NCBI GenBank assembly: GCA_051453625.1
Contig: JBOZIK010000001.1
Coordinates: 22,020,097 to 22,062,570, forward strand
From: Welwitschia mirabilis
Taxonomy: Eukaryota
Length of the DNA stretch: 42,474 nt
Direction of reading: 5' to 3'
Positions 26,600 through 40,500 of this stretch are shown here, piece by piece; position 1 is the stretch's first letter; the number at the start of each line of letters is the position of its first letter. The position numbers were made by a program, and so were the translations under genes. The notes under the pieces are model-generated. The model did not search any database and was not told where the DNA came from. It was given only the letters and a program-made list of their open reading frames with translations.

Positions 26600-29500
26600 C
26601 ATAAAGTCATATAAAAAGAAATAAAATCAAACATTTTAAGATTACTTAAAACTAAGATAATGAGAAGTATTGGAAGGCCATGAGAAGCTTATGGATGGGG
26701 GTTTCAAAGTTTAGGAGGTAAGGTTAGGGATTTTCTATGTAGGAGCCACCTATCAGTAATGACAGGGTGTGCTACTAGATGTGTTTATAGGTTTAAAACT
26801 ATTAGTTGCTAATTAGGATTATGTATATTTTGTTTTTTCAAGCATTAGACAAGGAGTTTAGAGTTGTTATCATGTATGAAGAAGGTGTCCCAGTTCTTGT
26901 AAGGGAATACCATCATCTTCTTTATGACTAATCAAGTAAATTTTAAAGCAGAGTTGAAGTTTTACTTTTCTCTTTTAGGATGATTTATTTTACTTGGGAC
27001 CCATTCACATTTAGACCTAATAAGTTCTTAGTTTAACATGAAATGAAAGGGGAATAAAGTTAAAGTTATAGCTTTGTCTAAAAGTCTTTTACTCTTTCAT
27101 TTTCAATTGGATATAGATAGAGACATGGCCTTAGCAGAGGGGCCTTGATTCTTTGGAGCATAGGGTCTTGCCTTATCTTCTTGGAAACTTGGGCTCAATA
27201 TGATCATAACCTATTTGATAATATGCTAATATGGATTAGAATCCTTAACTTCCCAATCGAGTTTTGATAGGGGTATGCTAGAACAAGTATTTAAGAGCTT
27301 CCATAAGTTAATAAAGATAGACCATTCCATGGTGAAGACCTTCCATTTTGTCCTAGCATGATTATATGTCTAGACCACATTTGCAAATACAGAGAGAATT
27401 AAATAGGTGCAATTTTAATCAAAGTAGGGTACAAAATCTTGATAATGGAATACGAAAAAATACCAGCCTTTTGCAAGTATTGTGAAAACTAGGAACACTT
27501 GGAGAGATTTTGTAGAATCAAAAAAAGAAAATGTTCCTTTTTCATAAAGGAAAAACATGACGAGAAAGACCATAAAAGAAAATATTATGTAGATTCTATG
27601 AAAAATTAGGTGACATGGAAAGTTAATGTGACACTGAGATAAAGAAATAGTAAATGAAGAAAAAGAATGGGTAAACGTTGGTAGTGTTTAACAATAAGAA
27701 ATATGAAGTCCTTAGGGTCTGAAAAAACCCAAATATCAAAGATCAAGAAGCTACTAAAGTAGAGAAGAAGATTAATAATATTTCCAATTTTCTACAGAAG
27801 AATGAGATTATTCCATCATAGAATAGTCCAATAGAAAACTATCTAAGATGAAGATAAGGAGGAAGATTTCTTACTAGTCAAGAGGCATGACTTACATAAT
27901 ACAAGAGGTAGGATCAAAAATCAGGAAAAGAAAAAAATAAAAATGAATTTGATAAATAAATTACAGACTACTCTAAAAGACGTGATTAAAAAGCATAACA
28001 ACTACAAGAAAAAATATAATAAGTATGCTCTTATGAAATATAAGGAGAATGAAAACCACCTTTAAAAAAAAAAAAAAACTTCTTTATATTTTTCACTAAT
28101 TCAAAGGAGGCCTAGTGTGTATTTAAGAAACCAAAATTATAGCCTCCTAAAATTATAGATTTCTCTAGCATTGGAAGAATGCATATGTAGTAAGCTCAAG
28201 AAGAGAAAGGGCACTTTTAGTAGCTAGTAAAATTCCATTCAAGATTATTGATCATGATATATGGTACATTAATGTTGCTTTGAAGGATATTATTATAAAC
28301 AACTATTATGGTTCAAAAAAGCCTAGTACCTATATAACCTTGATTACAAAAATGATCGAGAAATTTTGAGATAAAAAATAAATCTTGATTGGAGACTTTA
28401 ATTAGTCTTACATCATTAAAATAAGTAGGGGAGCGAAGATTAGAACCAGTGAGAGGCTAAGAAGTTTCTAGATATTACTTTAAAAAAACAATTTGTATGA
28501 TCTAAATTTAATCAATACCAAGCATAATTAGTCAAATAGAAGATAGGGAACACATAAAATTCTAACAAGGATTTACAGAGCTTGGATAGAAAAAGGGTAG
28601 CTACCACTGTACCATGTATGCTACACAGTCTTCTAAGAATAAGATCTAACCAGATACCTATACTCCTATAAATAGAGATAAATCTACCCTACCATGATAG
28701 CTTTAAGCTAAATCGGTATTATAGTTAAGGATATATTTAAGAGTCATATAGAAGTCATGACCCTTGTAATTTTTTTTAGGGGGGGCCTTCGATAGCCTTT
28801 AAGAATTCCTTAAAGGACTAAACAAGTAAAGATAAGTGGTCCTTTAAAGCTAGGATGCTACAGTTGCTAAACTAGCTTGTTAATCTTCAAGAAGAGGAGG
28901 AAATGGATCTAGTTAAGGAAAATAATAAAATAGAGATTCAATTTGACCTTTATAACTTATGCAAGAATAAGAAGTACTAATGGAAGCAGAGATCAAGAGT
29001 GAAATGGATTAAAGAGGGGAAGAGGCATGCTAAATTCTTCGTTTATCAAGCTAAGTATCATTTATAAGAAAATCATATTAGAAGACCAAGGAAAGGGGAT
29101 TGTAATGTAGTGGAGGAAATGGAGATTACTATAACCTTTGAAGTCTATCTTAGAGATTTATGAACCAAGATAAATCCCCCCTTTCCAAATACATTAATGT
29201 TTACAAGGTTATCAATTCAGAGGATCAAAATCTTCTTTTGTATCCTTTTTCTATCTATTAAACAAATAAAGTAATCTATAATATGAAAAATAATATAAGT
29301 CCTAAACTAAATGGCTAGCCAACAAAATTCTATAAAAAGTTCCTTCCTTAATTGAAGTAGAATGTTACTAACATGGTAAATAATATGATCCAGAAGGATA
29401 TAATAAATAAGAAGAGTAATTATGCAAATATCACAATGATTCTTAAAAAGCAGGATGTTATTGCCTCCCTGGACTTCTATTCCATTGACATCTATAATGT

Positions 29501-31602
29501 TATATATAGGATTATAATAAAGGGCTTGGTTTGTAAGATAATCCCATTACTACTAAATCTTATCAATCCTAACTAAGTAGGTTTTGTTAAATCAAGATAT
29601 ATTTAATATCAGATTATTCTGAATCATGAGCTTATTCATACTTTCAAAACATACAGATTCTTGTTGATGTTCATTAAATTGGATATAGCCAAGGTTCATG
29701 AATCAATAAACCAAGAAACCCTCAAATAGATTCTTATTAAAAACATATTTCAAGAATAAATAGTAAGATTACGTATTAACCTATAAAAGATAGTCAGGTT
29801 TCCAGTTAAAATGGATGGCAATGGTTACAATTTCTCTCATTATCTAGATGGCTAAGTAAGGGGATCCCATTATTACCCTACCGTTTCATTTTGGTTATGA
29901 ACATAATGAACAAATTCCTAAAGAAACACTAAATTAAAGGAATTATAATTAGAGAATAACTATTTTTCAATAATCATTATGCAAATGATATCATGATAAA
30001 TATTAAACAATAAGAGAGGGTACTAGGACTAGGTTGAAGTACTTTAACGATACAATAAGTCTTATCATAAATGAGGATAAATTTAAAGTACATTTCTTTA
30101 ACCTAAGAAGTAGTTGTAAGCATATTATTATGAATTATATGGGAATCAAGAAAGGGGAATAGAGAAATTACAATGAAAAATTAACATAAAATAGAAATTT
30201 GGAAGTCGTTCCTATAAAATATAAAAAAATGGTATTTAATGTGGAGCAACCAATTCTTATCCATGAAATCCAAAGCACTATTACTCAATACGCATGTCAT
30301 CTCTATGAATTGACTACATGGGATCATTATCACCATACTCAAGAAGGTGTACTAACTCCTTAATAGTAGTTTTAGAAGGTTCTTTTAATTGGAAAGGAAA
30401 GATAAAAAAACAAATTAACCTAATACAATGGAAAAAAATCAACAAACCTAAAGAGTCAAGTGAGTTGGGTATTCAAAATATTGAAGATATAATGTTAATA
30501 GAGTATTTCAGCATATGAAAAAGATTAGATGAAGGTAAGGCAATATAGGCCACTTGATGACCACCAAATATACTAACCCAGATGCAACTTATGGGAAAAG
30601 ATTAATTTTATGGAAACATCTAAAATGTTAAAGGTAAGTTGGAGAATCTTAGAGTTTCTCCTAATTAGAATAATAAAAGGATTCTAATGGCTAAATATGG
30701 AAAAGAAAAAGGCACTAAGATCCTATGAAAAGTTATCCTTCTAAGAAAGATTAAGATCTTTATTTAGCTCCTAAATAAGAGGGTCATACTTACAACTGAT
30801 AAGCCATAAAAACTAAAATTGTAGTTTAATAATATATGCGTCCTTTGTAACAAGAAGGGAAAATCCATCCTCCATATGTTTAGCAAGTGTGAGTGGATAA
30901 GGTAGATTATAACATGCTTGCATGCTAATATATAGTTGACAAGACTTGATACAACCAAGTTAAAATTAACAATAATTGATGTTTTGGTATATTTAGAAAG
31001 CTAGAAATTTTGTCCTTTTTCAAAATGCTACTTCTATGCTACTATAGACTGCTTCTTCCATCCTTTATCAATAAGAGAGGTTTCTTTTATAATGGGCAGG
31101 CACCCAGCACACAAGCTGACAATCCAAAAAAATATGAATAAATGGTAAGTTATGGGTAATGATAGCAAGATGTGGCTAGGGGTGCATGTTTAAGAGGTTG
31201 TGAGGTTCTCCACTGCTTAACATATAAGAAGTTTTTTTGTAGGTGAAGAAGCCATCATCCAACCTTTTACAAAGTATTTATTGAAGTCTTTGAGAGTTTC
31301 ATTACTGAGGCTTTAAGGATTCTAGTTGAAGGAAAGAGCCTTAACTCAAAGGAGTATGGACAACTTGCTATGGACTCCTTCTATGATGACCATATAATTA
31401 GATTAAAGAGTGGTCATGTTACTAAATCTGGGCTCACTTTGCTATGGCAATTGGCTATAAAAATGATTGACATGTACCTAATGCAATCTAGTAATCATGT
31501 CAAACTGAAGGGATTACACTTCATTCTCTTGAGATATTCATGGGATGGCTTTGGGGTGAACATCCTAACTTTTCTACTTCATTGCCTTAACAAAAAAAAA
31601 AA
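26600..31602 (+). mobile_element. Near full-length decayed L1-clade LINE (ORF1 plus ORF2 with endonuclease, RT, zinc finger and probable RNase H)
   Basis: ORF1 knuckle: EYEKIPAFCKYCEN*EHLERFC (~27448). ORF2, in order: MLL*NIR (~28025), ILIGDFN (28382), WKQRSRVKWIKEG (28981), DIYNVIYRIIIK, KLDIAKVHE (~29676), GDPLLPYRFILVME (~29861), YANDI (~29978), WKKINKPKESSELGI (~30430), CVLCNKKGKSILHMFSKC (~30837), then RNase H-like TEAL/MDS. A poly(A) lies at 31592-31602. The 5' boundary is approximate. Confidence 0.9.
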
Positions 31603-32822
31603 ATCATTCCATTATTCAAGATTCATCTTAGATTTACTAGAGAGTGCTTACTAAAATGCCAAAATCTATGAAAAGGCTTATCCTTAGTCTTGTCCCTTAG
31701 GCCTTTTTCATCTAAGTGTGGAGGAGAAGCAGTGTAGATGCATCTAAGAACTATCCTGCTTCATGCCTCCTAATTGCTTGCTAATTCCTCTTTAGCTTAG
31801 TCCCCCAGGCCTACTTTAATGCACTCCCCTCATTGCCCTGTGATACATATTTTCCTTCACAATTTCCTCAAGCTTCTTGTTCATCATTTTCTTTTCTCCT
31901 CACTCTTCTTCCCCCTCCTTTCCTATCTTGATTTCTTTGGTTTCTTAACCATCCCATTTTCCTTAACCTGTTCCCTTCCCTAGTACTTCTCCATAATCAC
32001 CTCACTCTTTCTTTTTGGATTCCTTAACTTCTCTTTTTGGCTTATTTTCCTCTTCTAAAAAGGACTAGGAACTGCCTTTAGATCTTAAGAATTTTCTTGA
32101 AGATTTTAACCCAATGACTCTAGAATCTCTCATTACATGTCCATTTTAAATTTTGGGACTACTGCATTACTTAGTCAAAAAGAAGGTAAATAAAAAGAAT
32201 TCAATGCTTTCTCTACACATTCAACTAGATAAGGTTCAAGGCATAAAAGCCCAACATTATAAGCCATTACCCAGATGTTAGAAATAAAACTAGAGTTAAA
32301 GTGCTTAAGCACCAAACCTAAAAGCTTAGTAAATGTTGCACAGAAACCTCATTTGAGATTTCTTGAACTGCAAAGCTTCAGATAGTTTCATCAACATTGG
32401 TTGGTAAGATTTAGCAATCATAAAATTACCTAATTCATGTAAGATTAATGCATGGGAGGATTTCATTATATGATTCTTCATAGTTTGTTAAAGATCTTAA
32501 TCATTATCTATTTCATTTTTGCATTAGTGTCATTCATATTTTTGTGAGACACTTATGATGAAATCCCCTATTCAGTCTATTTATTCAAATAGTGATTTTA
32601 ATTTTGGACTCTTTTTTCCTAAAGAAAGTTGATATATTCTTTTTTTTCCTTTAAAATCTAGGTGCTAGTGCCTTACTAAATGATTTATGTGTATTTTTTG
32701 TTAATAGAAAGAAGTTAATTATTAAAAAACAAAAAACAAAAAATTAGATATATAAAAATAGAGAGTAAGAAATAAAAGAAATAGATAGAGAGTATGTGTG
32801 TGAGTGAGAGAAAAAGAGGAAA

Positions 32823-32824
32823 AT

Positions 32825-32902
<78 letters not shown>
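32823..32902. repeat. (ATAG)4-(AG)33 compound microsatellite
   Basis: Directly visible. It explains the SLSLSL 'ORFs' in the track. Confidence 0.98.
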
Positions 32903-32906
<4 letters not shown>

Positions 32907-34591
32907 TATATTTCGTATGAAAGAAGATCATATAATATAAGGATTTGCATTCTTTCTTTGAGAGAGGACTATTTAAACCTTATATAATCTCAACATTACC
33001 TCTCTATGATTTCTCCACATTATCCTCTAAATCCTCTATATCTAATGCCTATATTTAGGTGTTACTATCTTTATGAACTTCCTTTTCTCTTAGGAGGAAG
33101 TAGATCTTAGTGTCATTAATATTTGTTTCAATGAAAGTGATGGAGGAATTTATTCTTTTTATTCTTAGTCTTGATCTCTAAATGTTCTCACTTATCTTTT
33201 TGGGATAATCCTATGGAATTTCTTCAGATCCTATGTAATACCCAAGGTCATAGAAGGTAACTGTACACATTAGAATCCCTAGTGATCCTTATATAGCCAA
33301 AATAACATGAGACCACTAGTGAGAAACCAACTCTTTATACATACATATATATTGTTGCAAAGCCAAATTGACCTATTTGTCACACTTGTGGAGCACATTT
33401 TCAGGTCTTATTGATAAGGTTTTTGAGGATTTATGCAAATTATGCAAAGCTTCCATACAGACCACAAAATGTAATAATTTCCAACACTAGAAGCTATTTT
33501 TCCATGATGATGGACCAAAGCATAATGATCAAGATGTAGTTAGGCAAGAAAAACTAATCGTTTACTATGTCATTGGGATAAATCATGCAAAATAATAACC
33601 GTTCCATATGTCATTGGGATAACTCATATAAAATAACGTTGTTCCTTCTATTATTGGGATGACCATTACAAAATGATGTACAAAAATAGTAATTAGACAA
33701 GTTTTGATAGTCATCCCCTTTGTCATTAGAATAATACCTAGGATGACAGTCAGCACAAGTTTGATGGTTAACATGTGCCAAATGTTGGGTGATCATCCAC
33801 TATGTTGTGAGGATAACAAGAAGAAAACAAATAGAATAGTTTGAAAAACCAATCCAATTGTTACGAAAGTGTAGATCCTAATTGTGCCTTTTTATTTCAC
33901 ACTCCTTATCAATCTTTAATCGTCCATTCTAAACTATAAATAGACCCTCTTAGGCCTTATTTGATATCATTTTTATCATCTGAATTCTTATGATGATTGG
34001 AGATTATTTGAGGCAAGAAGATCCATCCTACTTATGAGAAGGACTATTTGGATGTTAGGCAGTGAATCTTCCATTGAGGAGTTTTTGTAGTAAGTGGATG
34101 TACTTCAATTTGGTTAATAAATATATTGATTGAACTGGAATTCTTTTCAAATAATTTCTTATTTCTTCTATATAACTTATCTTACTTGCAATGAAAGTAA
34201 CCCGAATTTGTAATTAATATAGGCTATAAGGACCAATATAAGTGGTAATATATTAGAAATTTGGTTAATTAATTGCATTAGGTTTTCATTCATTCTACAT
34301 TACATTCCATTTCATTTCATTCCATTCCATTGCATCTCATCTCATCTTCATCCTTGTATTGTTTAATTTCATTTCTTATAAAGAAAAATTATAAAAAATG
34401 TTCTTCTTCTCTTTCTGAAATCAATTTGCCAAATTCCCTTTTAGAAGTCTTCTCTAAGTGTAGGACATTTGGGTTGATCCCACTATGCAAATGTGTATTG
34501 TATGCAATTAGATTATTAGCTTTTTATTTATTACAAGTTACACTTGATATTTAGAATATTGAAATTGGAAGCATAAATACACATTACAACA

Positions 34592-37500
34592 TTTTAATGC
34601 CATTGTCGGGGAAGACTTTAAGGAAAAAGGAAGATCGTCATTACTCAAGTAAGTATCTTGAATTCACTTAAAATTATTTATTTGAGTAGTGTGTATTTTA
34701 TTTTCTTGGATTTACTTGCAATTAGTTAATTACCTTTTGGTCTACAAGTAACTGCTTGATTATTCATTTGGAGCATACTTTAATATCCTTCCCTTGCAAA
34801 TTGTAATTTTTATTTCTGATTTCTTGTAATTTCCCTTCCTTTACTTTCAAGTGCAATTTTAATTTGAGGGATTTATATTTTAATTTGGTAATTTATATTT
34901 TCAAAAATCATTTTTTTAAATTTATTTTTAGCATTTTATATTTTTTAACATTATTTTTCTAGGTCTATTCCTTCTTTAAAGGATATTGCTAATCCTTGTT
35001 AGGTCTACCCCTCACACTTTATGTGATCTTGGGGATTACCACATTGATTATTGTTTTCAACAAACTTGACCTACACTTTGTGCTTTATGTGATCTAAGTG
35101 GTTGATACATTCATTTGATGTATCGTATTCCTTACACCTTTGAGTGATCCTAGATATTGTTGCCACTTGAATGTAAATAAGTTTATATAAAATAATTTAA
35201 ACTTGTAGGGTAATGATAAATAGCAATAAAGGTAAACACACTCATGAAACACATTTCCTTGAAGAAGAAATCAAAGAAGGTTTAGTGGACTTTAATTCAA
35301 AAACTCAAGATCAGAAAGAAAATTTTATTTCTTTAATTGAGCAAAATAATTATTCTACATTTATTATTTCTTGTTTTCATACCTCTAAACCTTTGAAAAT
35401 TTCTGAAAATCAACCAAGTTCTAATAAAAATCCTACCTTTTCTCCTTTGTCTAATCATCATAATTCTCCTACCTTTATGGAATCTAACAAATCTTCACAT
35501 AAAATATTAAGAGCCTCTAGTTTAAATGTCACTCTAAAGTATATGTTGGCTAATAAAAAGAGGGAACTTCAAAACCCATTTGACCTATTCACTAGAGATG
35601 ATGTAGAGTTAAACAACTTAAATGCCTATCCTACCTTTTCTGAAGAACCTAATGAAGAATAGCTGAAATTAGACTACTTATTTTAACCTCAAGAAATGGA
35701 AAAAATAAAATTTTAAATAGAACCTACATGATTATATTCCCATTTACCTTGAAAGAAAAAGCAAAAAATTGGCTTAAAACTATTCAACACAAGAGTCTTA
35801 AGTCATGGAACCAAGTATAAGAAGTATTTACCAAACAATTCATGAATGATACAGTCATGAGGATAAGAAAAAAAGAGGTAAAAAATTTCCAATAATACCC
35901 TCATGAAGACTACTCCTTAACATATCAAAGATTTTTAATAGTTGTATCATTAAATCTAATGAATGATTTTGCAAAAGAAGAATTTATCGATCATTTCTAT
36001 AGTGGGTTAAATAGTTAAACTAAACAAATAATAGATTTTTCATGTAGTGTAAATTTACTCAATTTAACCTTAGAAGATTCTTGAAAATTATTAGAAGACC
36101 TTGTAGAAAGCAGTCAAAACTAGCCAAAAACTATGTGTAAAGACACTAGAACTGTATGTGAAATGCTTAGAGATTCAGAAAAAAGGACAATATGAAGAAG
36201 AACAACTAAAGGTTAACACCATACTTAGTAATCTTAATAGCATCTTTAAGAGTTACACAAAATCATTAACTAATGCAAAATTACTAGATCAACTCAACCA
36301 TTGTGAAATATTTGATGAAATCTTTCACGCTACTAAGAAACACCCAACTTTACCAACTTGTAGGAAGGCCATGTTCAATGAAGTTTATGCATTCAATCAA
36401 ATGCCAAAGAACTTTGGATTCAACCAACAATATCCACTATGAAATAATGGACCTTCAACCTCTTTAAAACCCTCATTTGCTAAAAAATTTATAAACCATA
36501 ACTTTCAACTCAATTTTTTCAACTATAACTAAAATAACCCTTACTGAGAAATAATGGAAGAACTCAAAAAGATGCAAGATACTAGTAATTAAATCCTAGA
36601 AAACTAGAATAAGAAATTAGAAAATTTGATTGGCCTTCCTCAACAAAACATGCTAGGAAATCAAAGGCCTTAAGGATCACTTGCAATCCCAACTATTCCA
36701 AACCCAGATGATGTGAAGAAATATTGGAAAGTAGTTACCAAAAGTGGACATCACACTACTCCTCATGGATAACTCTTAACTTCTTTCCATAAAGACAAGG
36801 AAGGGCCTTAAAAAGATGATGTTGAAATTCTTGATTAACCAAATCTTCCTCCTACTCTTAACACTAAATCCAACAATAATAACCAACATTTAAAGAAGAA
36901 GACTCCCCCATGGATGGATAGATTGAACATTAATCTAACTTATGATAAGTATTTGAAGGTAATTATGAATCATATTACTATCAACTTACCATTTTGGAAG
37001 ATCCTTCAAGACAAACCCAAGTATAATAAAATTTGGAAGGACTTAATAAGAAGGAGGGAAAAAAGAAGGACAATCCCAAGTAAAGTGTTCATTACATAAT
37101 TCCTTTACAACTTGGTTTCTTAAAAATTTCCTTAGTTTAAAGATCTAGGGGCAGCCACTACTTGTGTTGTTTTAAAAGGAAATAATAAAATCAAGAAAGC
37201 ATTAATAGACATAGGGACAAGTTTAAATATTATGCCTTTGCACATTTGTAGAAAGTTTGGATTAGAAGAAAGGTTTAAACCTACTATAATAGTGTTAGAA
37301 TTGACTAATGCAAAAATGAAGAAATTGATAGGGATAATCAAAAACTTAGTAATCCAAATTAAAGAAGCTTTCTATCCTATATATGTGGTCATCATTAAGG
37401 TCAAACATAATGAAGGATACCCTCTACTTTTAGAAAGAGCCTTTTATGTAATAGTCCATTATGTCATTGATACTCACACAGGGATGATGGAATATTATAT

Positions 37501-40500
37501 AGGCAATAAAAAGTTTAATATCAGAGTATTCGATCCACTAAAAAAGACAAGGTAGATGAATTAGACATAGAAGAAAAAGTTAGGGCATCCATGTTAGTGC
37601 AACATCATCCTTTAAAAGAAAGGCTCCTTTCATTACATAACTCAACCTTATTTGATTATGAAGAGAAATCTTTTATTATTCTTAAATCTTTAAACTCCTT
37701 CAATCCTTATAACCTCAAATAAGATCTCTTAAACCACTCTTGTAATGATGATTCTCATAAGGACTTTGAACCCATACTTAATCATGATATCCAACATGTA
37801 AGATCCATTGAAATATTTTACATTAAGATGGATGTTTTACAACTCTGAAGGATGAAAATGATCTTTAACTTAAAGAATTACCCAATGGTTTAAAATATAT
37901 TTTCTTAAATGAAAATATTAATAAGCCATTAATCATTATTTCTTAACTTAATCCTTCCCAAGAAAAAGCCTTAATTCAACTTCTTACCTTAAAAATGGAA
38001 GCTTTTCTTAGACTCATAAAGATCTTAGGGCTATTCCTTTTCATATTGTTCAACACAAAATTTATTTAGAGGATAATGATAAATCCAACAGGTAACCTCA
38101 AAGAATACTTAATCCTTTCATTAAGCAAGTAGTCAAGGATGAAATAATTAAACTTATGAATGCAAGTATCATCTACGCGATTTCAGATAGTGAATGGGTT
38201 AGCCCTATTATCATAGTATCCAAAAAGGGAGAAAAGTGGCAAGTATGAATTGATTTTAGGAAACTGAATGATGTAACTAAGAAATATCTTTGTCCTTTAT
38301 CTTTTCTTAATTAAGTTCTTGATAGGATTCAAGGTCATGCTTACTATTACTTCCTTGATGGATATAGTGGTTATAACCAAGTGTACATTATCAATGAAGA
38401 CTAATCTTAGATAACCTTAATCTCCCATTTTGGTATTTTTTCCTTTAAAAGAATGTTCTTTGGCCTACGTAATGCTTTGAGAACCTTTCAAAGAGCCATG
38501 ATGGATATTTTCTCAGATATTATTGAGAATTATATTGAGATCCATGGATGACTTTTCTATTTTTTGTGACTCTTTTGAACAAATATTAAAAATATTAGAA
38601 AAATTCCTTGACCATTATATAGAAAGTGGCCTTCATCTTAGTTGGGAAGAGATCCATTTGTGAGGGATGGAATTGTACTTGGTCACCACATTTCTTATAA
38701 TGATATTAAAATAAACCCTTCCAAGACATCATTAAGACTTCTCTCCTCCAACTAATGTCAAACAAGTGAGATTATTTCTTGGTCATGCTAGATTCTATAG
38801 AAGATTCATTAAGTACTATGATAATATTTGCAAACTTATTCATTCCCTTCTTGAAAAGGATGTCAAATTTGATTGGAGTGAAGATTGTCAAAATGCGTTT
38901 GAAAATCTTAAGAACAAAATCACTTTCAAACCCATTGTAGGAGAACACAATTGGACCATAGACTTTGAATTAATGTGTAATGCTAGCAATATTATCATAG
39001 GTGGAGTTTTAGAATAAAAACATGAAAAGGAATGTAAAGTTATTGCTTATGTTAGTAAAACCCTTTTAGGAGCTTAATTAGACTATATCACCATCAAAAA
39101 AGAAATGCTTGCTATCATCTTTTGCCTTGACAAACTAAGACATTAACTTCTTGGTTTTCATACCAATGTCTACACTAATCATGTAGCCATTACTATCTTG
39201 TGACCAAAAAAAAAAATTCAAGTGCTAGACTTATTCGATTGGTACTTTTCATGTGAGAATTCAACTTAACCATCATAGATACAGAAGGCAAACATAATCA
39301 CTTTTAAGACTCCTCAACATTCAACTTCTAATCAAAGAAAATATGTTCTCCATAGAATAGGGTATTATGAATGAAATGAGCCATATCTCTACTAAATATG
39401 TAAAGATCAAATCATGTGTAAGTGTATGCCTCAATGGGAACAACATGACATTCTTTCCCTTTACCATGGTGGTGTATGTGGAGGTTATTTTAATGGCTAA
39501 AAGATAGCTATAAAAATCCTTCATGTTGGCCTTTATTGGCCTATTTTTTTCAAAGACTCTTTTAATCATGCACAAAGATGTGATGCACATTAATGTTTTG
39601 AAAGCCTAATTAAATCTGATGATATGCTCTTATAACCTATCCTTAAGTGTGAACGTTTTGATTGTTGGTGTATAGATTTTATAGACCCTTTTAAATCATC
39701 TTATTACAATAACAAATTACATCTTGGTAGCCATAGACTATGTCATAAAATGGGTCAAAGTAATTCCTACTCAAACTAATGATGTCAAAATCATGTGTTC
39801 ATTTTTAAAATCCAATATATTCCATAGGTTTGACTTTTCTAGAATCTTAATTAGTGATTAAGGTACCCACTTCCTAAATAAGGCTCTTAGGAAACTCCTT
39901 CTTTCTATAAGAATTTAACATAGAATTGCAAATGCCTATCATCCTTAAATAAATGGTCAAGTCGAGAATGCAAATATAGAGATTAAGAAGATACTTCAAA
40001 AACTCATTTTCAAAAATAAGAAATCTTAGTCTCTCAAAATTAATGATGTGCTATGGGCTTACCATACTACATGGTGTAATTCGCTTGGATTTTCACCTTA
40101 TGAACTTATTTATGGAAAAAATTATGTTTTACCTATTGATGTTTACTACAACTCTTATCATATTATTCATTAACTTAATGTGTTAAATTATGAGGAGAAT
40201 GTTCGCCATCATTTAGTACAACTTTAACACCTTGATGAGAAAAGAATGAGCACTCTCCATAAATAATTCATCTAGAAAGCCTAGGCCAAATTTCATTATG
40301 ACAAAAATCTTCTTCATAAGTCCTTTAAACTAGATCAATTCATGCTTTTGTATAATACTTGAGTACATCTTATATATAATAAGTTGACCTCTAAATGGCT
40401 TGGTCCTTATCATGTGGAAAGGATACATTCTAATGGCTCTATTGAGATCTTTGACCTTCAAACATAAGAAATCCAAAAAGTAAATGGACAAAGGTTAAAA

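Noticed and set aside
32722..32950. SLSLSL-rich ORFs
   Set aside because: Translation of the (AG)n microsatellite.
32270..34591. Full extent of the Athila 5' LTR
   Set aside because: Only the 3' end is supported, by the PBS. No matching 3' LTR is visible before the gap, so the start cannot be placed.
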